This document shows, piece after piece, positions 25,001 through 32,000 of a stretch of 32,000 nucleotides of DNA (position 1 is its first letter; every line of letters starts with the position of its first letter). The notes under the pieces are model-generated. The model did no database searches. It saw nothing but the letters and a program-made list of their open reading frames with translations, and was not told the origin of the DNA. The stretch is from Lachnospiraceae bacterium. GTDB taxonomy: Bacteria > Bacillota > Clostridia > Lachnospirales > Lachnospiraceae. The translations under genes and the position numbers were made by a program. Location: positions 96,998 through 128,997 of the forward strand of contig JAVVVI010000001.1 in NCBI GenBank assembly GCA_036652735.1, given 5' to 3'.

Positions 25001-26431
25001 CTATGCAATATAGCTAAGTGGAATTCGAACACTAAATGTTGTTCCTTCGCCCTCATTACTATGGACCTTTATTGCCCCTCTATGCATTAAAATTGAATTT
25101 CTGGTAATTGCCAATCCAAGACCGGTTCCACCGATTTCTCTGGAATGGGATTTATTTACCCTGTAAAATCGCTCATAAATATGTTCCATTGATTCTTCCG
25201 GTATTCCAATTCCGGAATCCTCAACCGTTATATAAAAATACTGATAATCTGCATTCAGTGTTACATGCACCCAGCCCTGTGGTTTGTTGTATTTTATACC
25301 ATTTTCCACCAGATTCGTAATTGCAAGTGACAATTTCACCTCGTCAATCTCACCGGTTACCGGTCGGAAACTCTCTAATACCAGCTCCACATCCTGTAGC
25401 TGTGCGATTGGACGAAGCCTTTTTAGAATCTGTTCCAGCAGTTCATTAATATTAACCGTTGTAATATCAAGGGTTGCCGCTGATTTATCTAATTTAACCA
25501 GGGACAGTAAATCATTAATAATCTTGTTCTCTCTCTCCACTTCCTGGGCAATATCTGTCATAAATTCCTGATATAATTCCAATGGTACATCTTCTTGATC
25601 CAACAGAGAATCAGCCAGAACCTTCATTGATGTTAGTGGTGTCTTTAATTCATGGGATACATTGGATACAAATTCTTGTCTGGATTCATCCAGAACTTTC
25701 ATGTTATTAAATAAACGGTTAAAGGATGCGGAAATCTCTTTGGTTTCCGAATAGTCCGTAATATTTAATTCATCACTATCAATTCCATTATGGATATTCT
25801 CCAGTGATTCACGCAATTTGCGAAATGGTTTGACTAATTGAATGGATAGCACAATTGCCAGGAAAAAAAGAATTACAGACATACTGATCATGATCATATC
25901 TGCCTTCTCCCGCATATACTCCATATTGGAAAAAATTTTATCCGTAGACACACTAACTAAAAAAACACCCTTCACTTTCTTTTTTCCTGAATCAATAATT
26001 GGCAGGGTCAATTCCAGATAATGGTTTTTTGAATCATAACGATTAATTTCTTCTCCACGAAAAGAACGAATGACTTCCTCGGATGTTATTGTTCGTCCCT
26101 CGTCCATTCCAAACGTGTCTTTTACAATATTAAATGCGCTGTCGATTACCATTACACGTCCATCATAAATATTGGAAATCTGTTCCAGCTGCGCATTAAT
26201 GATTGCTGCGGATGTATCCTCCAGATAGGCATTTGCCACAATTTGATTTGCCAGCATTTTTGACTGACCGGTAATCTCTATTGTCAGCATATTTACTTCA
26301 CGATTTTCATAGAATTCAAGTACTGCATAGCGAAGGATAAACCCCGGCACAATACCGAAGAACAGAAGCAAACAGAATAGTCTTACTTTCATACTCTTGA
26401 AATTAGCTGTAGATATCTTCAATTTTGTCAT
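25001..26431 (-). CDS. Sensor histidine kinase (two TM segments, extracytoplasmic loop of about 140 aa, HisKA + HATPase)
   Basis: H-box SHELKTPLTS, N-box NLVENGIKYN, and G-boxes DSGIGIP and GGTGLGLAI. TM segments are LFCLLLFFGIVPGFIL and MISMSVILFFLAIVLSI. Confidence 0.88.
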   Translation of the reverse strand: MTKLKISTANFKSMKVRLFCLLLFFGIVPGFILRYAVLEFYENREVNMLTIEITGQSKMLANQIVANAYLEDTSAAIINAQLEQISNIYDGRVMVIDSAFNIVKDTFGMDEGRTITSEEVIRSFRGEEINRYDSKNHYLELTLPIIDSGKKKVKGVFLVSVSTDKIFSNMEYMREKADMIMISMSVILFFLAIVLSIQLVKPFRKLRESLENIHNGIDSDELNITDYSETKEISASFNRLFNNMKVLDESRQEFVSNVSHELKTPLTSMKVLADSLLDQEDVPLELYQEFMTDIAQEVERENKIINDLLSLVKLDKSAATLDITTVNINELLEQILKRLRPIAQLQDVELVLESFRPVTGEIDEVKLSLAITNLVENGIKYNKPQGWVHVTLNADYQYFYITVEDSGIGIPEESMEHIYERFYRVNKSHSREIGGTGLGLAITRNSILMHRGAIKVHSNEGEGTTFSVRIPLSYIA

Positions 26432-26470
26432 TTCTTTTTCCTTTAATCTCGGTTGGTTCTCCTGATTGTT

Positions 26471-27160
26471 CTAGTGCTGATAATAATATCCAACGCCCCA
26501 CTTTGTCTGTACATATTTGGGTTCACTTGGATTTTGTTCTATTTTTTCCCTCAGTCTTCTCACATGGACATCTACAGTGCGTTCATCACCCGGATATTCT
26601 TGTCCCCAGACCAGATTCAACAGTTTTTCCCTGCTGTACACCTTATTGGGATGTGTCACCAGAAGCTCCAAAAGATCAAATTCTTTCGCCGTAAGATTAA
26701 TGTTTTTATCAAGAACAAACAATTGTCTGCTCTCATAATCCATTTTAATATCACCACTTTCAATCACTTTTACTTCTTCCTGGGCTGCTGCTATTGGAGC
26801 AGTTCTTCTCATTATTGCTTTAATTCTTGCCTTAACCTCCAATATATTAAATGGTTTTGTAATATAATCATCTGCCCCATATTCCAGCCCCAGAATTTTA
26901 TCCATATCGTCTCCCTTAGCTGTAAGCATGACTATGGGAACCGTGGAAAAATCACGAATATGCTGGCACACTTCAAATCCATCCATTTTGGGAAGCATAA
27001 TGTCCAATAAGATGATATCGTAGTTACTATCTGTTGCCATTTTTAGCGCCTCTTCCCCATCATATGCGCAATCCACTTCCATCCCATCCTGTTCCAGGCT
27101 AAAGCGAATTCCTTTTACAATCAGTTTTTCATCGTCTACTACGAGAACCTTCTTACTCAT
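26471..27160 (-). CDS. OmpR/PhoB-family response regulator (WalR/YycF-like)
   Basis: MSKKVLVVDDEK start, phospho-acceptor LLDIMLP, LTAKG, and the winged-helix C-terminus RTVDVHVRRLREKIE. Length is 229 aa. Confidence 0.9.
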   Translation of the reverse strand: MSKKVLVVDDEKLIVKGIRFSLEQDGMEVDCAYDGEEALKMATDSNYDIILLDIMLPKMDGFEVCQHIRDFSTVPIVMLTAKGDDMDKILGLEYGADDYITKPFNILEVKARIKAIMRRTAPIAAAQEEVKVIESGDIKMDYESRQLFVLDKNINLTAKEFDLLELLVTHPNKVYSREKLLNLVWGQEYPGDERTVDVHVRRLREKIEQNPSEPKYVQTKWGVGYYYQH

Positions 27161-27175
27161 CTCTTCACCTCTAAT

Positions 27176-27739
27176 TTAATCTACACATATTTTATCTTTG
27201 ATTTTATCAAAGATGCCTTCTTTGATACCGCTGATCTTCATTATGTCCTCTATGGTATGAAAGGAACCCTTTGTTTCACGATAGGTTATGATTTCATCTG
27301 CCCTGGACTCACCTACACCCGGCAGTTCCATAAGTTCCTGTTTGGATGCACAATTAATGTTTAGAAGTCCTGCTTGGGTCTCCCCGTCTCCCCCCGGCTG
27401 CTGGGATTTGGTCCATTCTTTTTTCGTGAGTACAAGAATCATCTGTCCATCTTTTATCTTCTCTGCCTGATTAACGCTTTCCAAAGCTGCTGCCTTTGTA
27501 AGTCCGCCTGCAAGAAGAACTGCATCTGCAATTCGGCTTTCTGCAGGCAGACAATATACTCCCGGTTCCACAACTGCACCACATACCTGTACGTACCATT
27601 TTTCTTCCTGTACCGTGGTTGTTTTCTCTGTTTTGTGGATCTCCACTTCTTGTTTTCCTTGAAACTCCATCTCTTTTCCGCAACTGCTCATTATCAGCAA
27701 TACCAGAATGGTACTTATAATTATACTTATTTTTTTCAT
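27176..27739 (-). CDS. comEA: ComEA family DNA-binding competence protein
   Basis: An N-terminal signal/anchor, a central SLBB-like region and a C-terminal helix-hairpin-helix (INCASKQELMELPGVGESRADEIITYR). Confidence 0.85.
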   Translation of the reverse strand: MKKISIIISTILVLLIMSSCGKEMEFQGKQEVEIHKTEKTTTVQEEKWYVQVCGAVVEPGVYCLPAESRIADAVLLAGGLTKAAALESVNQAEKIKDGQMILVLTKKEWTKSQQPGGDGETQAGLLNINCASKQELMELPGVGESRADEIITYRETKGSFHTIEDIMKISGIKEGIFDKIKDKICVD

Positions 27740-27824
27740 TTTCAGCCTTTCCGGCCAAAAAAGAATGTCCTCAATGACTAATAAACTTATTCTATCGAAA
27801 ATCGCAAAGAATTACAATAGGCAA

Positions 27825-29096
27825 TTATACTTCGTCTATGGCTTTTCCAATATCATTACGCATATACTTATTCTCAAACTGTACCCACTCGGTTGCCTGA
27901 TATGCTCTTTCTCTTGCTTCTGCCAGTGTTGCTCCGGTTGCTGTAATGCCAAGGACCCGTCCACCATTTGTAATATATTCTCCATCTTTCATTGCTGTGC
28001 CTGCATGAAAACAATAATATCCTTCTTTTTCTCTGAAATTTTCCAATCCCTGGATAACATACCCTTTTTCATAAGAAACCGGGTAACCTGCCGATGCCAA
28101 TACCACACACACCGCTGCATTTTCTTCAAATTCCAGCTCTATTTCCGAGAGAGTACCGTCAATACAGGCCTCCATTACATCAACAATATCATTTTTCATT
28201 CTTGGCAATACCACCTGCGCCTCAGGATCCCCAAATCTTGCATTATATTCTAATACCTTTGGTCCTTCCTTGGTAAGCATTAATCCAAAAAATATAATTC
28301 CCTTAAACGCTCTTCCTTCTGACGCCATTGCTTCCACTGTTGCACGATAAACATGCTGCTGGCAAAAAGCATCCACCTGATGATTGTAAAAAGGACTTGG
28401 TGAAAAAGTTCCCATTCCGCCGGTATTTAATCCAAGATCTCCATCCAGTGCACGTTTGTGATCCTGGGCGGATGTCATAGTTTTAATTGTTTTGCCATCT
28501 ACGAAAGAAAGTACCGACACCTCTCTCCCTTCCATAAATTCTTCTATTACCAATGTATTCCCTGCTGAGCCAAATTTTTTATCTGTCATAATGGATTTGA
28601 CACCTTTTTCTGCCTCTTCTTTTGTCTGGCAAATTAGAACACCCTTGCCCAATGCAAGTCCATCGGCTTTTAAAACTAAGGGATACACTGCTCTGCGTAA
28701 ATACTTTAACGCTTTTACCGCGTCTGTAAAGACCTCATATCCCGCAGTTGGAATATTATATTTTTTCATTAGATCTTTTGCAAAGGCCTTTGAGCCCTCC
28801 AGAATAGCCGCATTTTTTTGGGGTCCAAACACCCGCAGCCCCTTCTGCTGAAAGACATCCACAATTCCGGCTACCAATGGATCATCCATTCCTACAATGG
28901 TTAAATCAATGGATTCTTTTAGGGCAAACTCGGATAATTGTTCAAATGCCATGGGTGAAATTGGAACCAATTCCGCTAATTCCCCAATTCCGGCATTTCC
29001 CGGTGCGCAATAGAGCTTATCCACCCGTGGACTTTTTTTAACACTTGTAGCAATTGCATGCTCTCGTCCGCCACTTCCAATAATTAATACTTTCAC
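27825..29096 (-). CDS. purD: Phosphoribosylamine-glycine ligase
   Basis: (M)KVLIIGSGGREHA start with an ATP-grasp body. It starts at a GTG preceded by GAGGAG plus 7 nt, 1 nt after the purN stop. Confidence 0.93.
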   Translation of the reverse strand: MKVLIIGSGGREHAIATSVKKSPRVDKLYCAPGNAGIGELAELVPISPMAFEQLSEFALKESIDLTIVGMDDPLVAGIVDVFQQKGLRVFGPQKNAAILEGSKAFAKDLMKKYNIPTAGYEVFTDAVKALKYLRRAVYPLVLKADGLALGKGVLICQTKEEAEKGVKSIMTDKKFGSAGNTLVIEEFMEGREVSVLSFVDGKTIKTMTSAQDHKRALDGDLGLNTGGMGTFSPSPFYNHQVDAFCQQHVYRATVEAMASEGRAFKGIIFFGLMLTKEGPKVLEYNARFGDPEAQVVLPRMKNDIVDVMEACIDGTLSEIELEFEENAAVCVVLASAGYPVSYEKGYVIQGLENFREKEGYYCFHAGTAMKDGEYITNGGRVLGITATGATLAEARERAYQATEWVQFENKYMRNDIGKAIDEV

Positions 29097-29097
29097 A

Positions 29098-29709
29098 CTA
29101 TTTCTCCTCCGTAACTGTTAATTCTCCACTGGAAATCATCTGAATTGCTTTTGGCAGAATCTTCCATTCCGCCTCCTCCATTACTCTTTTTTGCAATATC
29201 TGAGGTGTATCTCCCGGTAAGACCTCTACTGCTTTTTGAAGAATAATTGGCCCGGTATCCGTCCCGCTATCTACAAAATGAACCGTTGCACCGGTAACTT
29301 TTACACCCCGTTTTAATGCTGCTTCATGCACTTTCAGTCCATAGTAGCCTTTTCCACAAAAAGAAGGAATTAAGGAAGGATGAATATTAATCATTCGATT
29401 GTGAAATTTTTCAACCATGGATGAGGAAATAGTTACTAAATATCCTGCTAATACAACAAGATCCACCTCTTCCTTTTCCAGTATCTCTATCAGTTTTTCG
29501 TGAAATAACTCTCTTTCCTGGAAATCTGAAGGGGAAAGACAACAATGACGAACCCCGTGTAATTCAGCCCTTTTCAATGCATATGCCTTGGGATTATTGC
29601 TAATAACCACCGAAACCTGCGCATTGGTAATCTCCCCCTGATCGATTGCCTTAAATATTGCCTCAAGATTTGTTCCGCCTCCTGAGGCCAACACGGCTAT
29701 TTTTAGCAT
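29098..29709 (-). CDS. purN: Phosphoribosylglycinamide formyltransferase
   Basis: [18 protein letters not shown] start and INIHPSLIP motif. It overlaps the purM end by 7 nt. Confidence 0.92.
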   Translation of the reverse strand: MLKIAVLASGGGTNLEAIFKAIDQGEITNAQVSVVISNNPKAYALKRAELHGVRHCCLSPSDFQERELFHEKLIEILEKEEVDLVVLAGYLVTISSSMVEKFHNRMINIHPSLIPSFCGKGYYGLKVHEAALKRGVKVTGATVHFVDSGTDTGPIILQKAVEVLPGDTPQILQKRVMEEAEWKILPKAIQMISSGELTVTEEK

Positions 29710-30728
29710 AAAGTTACTCCTTTTTCACCTTTTTGAATCTCGCCTACAATGTAAGGCTCTTCTCCCGCTGCTTTTATTGCTTCCATTGTCTTTGTAACGT
29801 CTTTTGGATCCACAGAAAGAATCATTCCAAGTCCCATATTATACGTATTGTACATCATCTTTGTATCCACATTTCCAACTCGTTCCATCATCTGAAAGAT
29901 TGGTGGAACTGGATAACTGTCCTTATGAACAACTGCATGCATACCATCCGGAAGCATTCTTGGAATATTTTCATAAAATCCACCTCCTGTAATATGACTG
30001 CAGGCTTTTACCTTAATACCGGATTTTTTTATTTCTTTTAATGCTTTTACGTAAATCTTTGTTGGTGCAAGAAGTGCCTCTCCCAATGTTTTTCCTAATT
30101 CCTCATGATATGTATTTAAGGTCTGTTCATCCATAGAAAATATTTTTCTTACAAGAGAAAATCCATTGGAGTGTACACCTGAGGAAGCCATACCAATTAA
30201 AACATCTTTTTCTGATAATTCTTTTCCCGTAATCAGATCTTTTTCATCTACAATTCCTACCGCAAACCCGGCAAGATCATATTCACCATCCTGATAAAAT
30301 CCCGGCATCTCTGCAGTCTCTCCACCAATCAGCGCTGCATCCGACTGTGTGCAGCCATCTGCCACTCCACTTACAATGGTTGCGATTTTTTCCGGTATGT
30401 TTTTTCCACAAGCGATATAATCTAAAAAGAACAACGGTTCTCCACCTGCACAGGCAATATCATTTACACACATTGCCACACAATCGATTCCAATTGTGTC
30501 ATGTTTATCCATTAAAAATGCCAATTTCAGTTTTGTTCCAACCCCATCTGTACCGGATACCAGCGTTGGTTTTTCCATATGCTTGAAACTCTCCAAAGAA
30601 AATGCTCCTGAAAATCCCCCAATGTTTGTTAAAACTTCCGGTCTCATTGTCCCCTGTACGAACTTTTTCATTAATTCTACTGATTTGTATCCAGCTTCAA
30701 TGTCTACTCCTGAATTCTTGTAATCCAT
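29703..30728 (-). CDS. purM: Phosphoribosylformylglycinamidine cyclo-ligase (AIR synthetase)
   Basis: [13 protein letters not shown] start and [12 protein letters not shown] motif. SD is GGAGGAAAAAA. Confidence 0.93.
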   Translation of the reverse strand: MDYKNSGVDIEAGYKSVELMKKFVQGTMRPEVLTNIGGFSGAFSLESFKHMEKPTLVSGTDGVGTKLKLAFLMDKHDTIGIDCVAMCVNDIACAGGEPLFFLDYIACGKNIPEKIATIVSGVADGCTQSDAALIGGETAEMPGFYQDGEYDLAGFAVGIVDEKDLITGKELSEKDVLIGMASSGVHSNGFSLVRKIFSMDEQTLNTYHEELGKTLGEALLAPTKIYVKALKEIKKSGIKVKACSHITGGGFYENIPRMLPDGMHAVVHKDSYPVPPIFQMMERVGNVDTKMMYNTYNMGLGMILSVDPKDVTKTMEAIKAAGEEPYIVGEIQKGEKGVTLC

Positions 30729-30746
30729 TTTTTTCCTCCATGTGTG

Positions 30747-31265
30747 CTATTTTTTCATTTCATTTAAATATTCTTTGTATCCTAATTTATCTAATTTTTC
30801 GGCTTTTGTTTCCACCTGCTCTTTTAATTCCTCTGAATACTCTTTTAATTTTTTCAATAATTCCTCATTTGAAGTTGCCAATATTTTTGCTGCCAACAAT
30901 CCTGCGTTAACCCCTCCATTAATGGCCACTGTTGCAACCGGTATCCCGGATGGCATCTGTACTATGGAGTACAGAGAATCTTTTCCTCCCAGGGACGTTG
31001 TATGCATTGGGATTCCAATCACCGGCATTGGGAAAATTGCTGCACACATTCCCGGTAAATGAGCTGCCATTCCTGCCCCTGCAATAATTACCTTAAATCC
31101 TTTTTCCTCTGCACCCTTTGCATATTCAAAGAACACATCCGGCTCTCTGTGTGCTGAAATAATTGTCATCTCATAGGAAACCCCTAATCTCTCCAAAATA
31201 TCTGCTGCCTTACACATAATTGGCATATCTGAATCACTGCCCATTACAATTCCTACTTGTGCCAT
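30747..31265 (-). CDS. purE: 5-(carboxyamino)imidazole ribonucleotide mutase
   Basis: VGIVMGSDSDMPIM and AGAGMAAHLPGM motifs. The SD AAGGAGG overlaps the stop of the upstream aminopeptidase gene, leaving an 11-nt gap. Confidence 0.93.
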   Translation of the reverse strand: MAQVGIVMGSDSDMPIMCKAADILERLGVSYEMTIISAHREPDVFFEYAKGAEEKGFKVIIAGAGMAAHLPGMCAAIFPMPVIGIPMHTTSLGGKDSLYSIVQMPSGIPVATVAINGGVNAGLLAAKILATSNEELLKKLKEYSEELKEQVETKAEKLDKLGYKEYLNEMKK

Positions 31266-31276
31266 AAATTTCCTCC

Positions 31277-32000
31277 TTATTTTTCATTCAATGGTTCATT
31301 TAATTGTTCTGTTCCCGGTACCACAAACTTTCCATCTCGAATAATATCTTCTTCTATTCCATCTTTTCTGCAGACCGTAATTTTATCTAATTCATCATAT
31401 GGAATTGTAATATCCGTATGACAATTAAAATAAGCTTTTGTTTCATCTTCTTTTCTTATCCGTGTGATTTCATTGTCTTTTGCCACAATTTCTTTTCCAT
31501 CCGGATTAAATACCTTCTGGTCCTCACTATGAGAGTAACAGGTATCTCCCACTGCAAAATGTGGTCCTGTCTTTTCAGCTATGAGAATCGGCAGCTTGTC
31601 CTGAATATTGAATTTTCTACCCATCTGATAAGCCGTGGTATTGGTACCAATGGCAAATTCTCCCATTGGTATGCTGTCATGATGAAAAAGCACGTATTCA
31701 TGCATGTACTTATGATTTTCTTCTTCTGTTTCAAAATTACCACAGCTATAGGATGTAATCATTCCATCGGTAAAGGTAAGATCTAAGTCCAGGAACTTCA
31801 TTCCATTTAAGTATACCTGCGTTACATGTAGTCTTCCATTTGTCCCTTTTAATACCGGTGAAGTAAAGACTTCTCCAACCGGAATATTCACATCCGCAAC
31901 ACAATTTTCAAAGGCAGTTTCTTTTTCCGGTTGATTTAATGGACAGATTGCAATTCTTAAATCCGTATGATTCTTACCTTTTCCCGTAATATGAACGGTT
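31277..32000 (-). CDS. M29 family aminopeptidase (AmpS/PepS-like), C-terminal part; the gene runs off the right edge
   Basis: NIPVGEVFTSP, GPHFAVGD and HTDITIP motifs. The frame stays open upstream of the track's GTG at 31891 all the way to position 32000 (…TVHITGKGKNHTDLRIAICPLNQPEKETAFENCVAD-VNIPVGE), so the gene is 5'-truncated by the window. Confidence 0.8.
   Translation of the reverse strand, partial: TVHITGKGKNHTDLRIAICPLNQPEKETAFENCVADVNIPVGEVFTSPVLKGTNGRLHVTQVYLNGMKFLDLDLTFTDGMITSYSCGNFETEEENHKYMHEYVLFHHDSIPMGEFAIGTNTTAYQMGRKFNIQDKLPILIAEKTGPHFAVGDTCYSHSEDQKVFNPDGKEIVAKDNEITRIRKEDETKAYFNCHTDITIPYDELDKITVCRKDGIEEDIIRDGKFVVPGTEQLNEPLNEK

Noticed and set aside
26453-27010. A 185-aa ORF on the + strand, together with 26517-26738 and 26425-26694
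   Set aside because: It is fully antisense to the well-supported response-regulator gene. The translation is low-complexity (F/I/L/S/C-rich) with no recognisable motif and no SD. It is a typical shadow ORF of an AT-rich coding region.
27708-28253. A 181-aa ORF on the + strand spanning the comEA start and the purD 3' end
   Set aside because: It is antisense to two confident genes. It is Cys/Phe/Ile-rich nonsense sequence with no ribosome-binding site.

Overview
This is a core-chromosome window from a low-to-moderate GC, spore-forming Firmicute. It looks Clostridia-like, judged from spoIIP, gpr, a GerM-like gene, comEA/comEC and strong GGAGG-type Shine-Dalgarno sites. GC was estimated by eye and no database search was run. 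I support 29 conventional protein genes, nearly gap-free, with 26 on the minus strand. From left to right they are: a truncated response regulator; dapL-dapF (lysine/DAP); guaB (+); S9 peptidase-hemW-lepA, transcribed lepA to peptidase; an 807-aa CoA-disulfide-reductase/rhodanese/TusA/DsrE-like fusion (+); spoIIP; a seven-gene aromatic amino-acid operon (aroF-tyrA-aroB-aroA-aroC-chorismate mutase-aroE); rpsT; gpr (+); holA; comEC; a GerM-like lipoprotein; a histidine kinase and OmpR-type regulator; comEA; purD-purN-purM-purE; and a truncated M29 aminopeptidase. I found no tRNA or rRNA genes, CRISPR arrays, transposases, integrases or recognisable defence genes, so this is ordinary housekeeping DNA rather than an accessory island. 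The standout is the 279-nt gap between rpsT and aroF. It holds an unlisted 38-codon ORF with a Y-L-Y-Y-S-F-T-F-Y-Y-Y cluster, a strong intrinsic terminator just before aroF, and a segment complementary to the terminator's 5' arm. Together these form a trpL/pheL-style ribosome-mediated attenuator for an aro operon, which is unusual for a Firmicute. Secondary points are the four-domain sulfur-trafficking reductase fusion, a two-component system plus GerM-like gene inserted between comEA and comEC, and rearrangement of the Bacillus-type comE-holA-rpsT-gpr-spoIIP-lepA-hemN backbone. Several starts in the ORF track are over-extended, and I corrected them using SD spacing.
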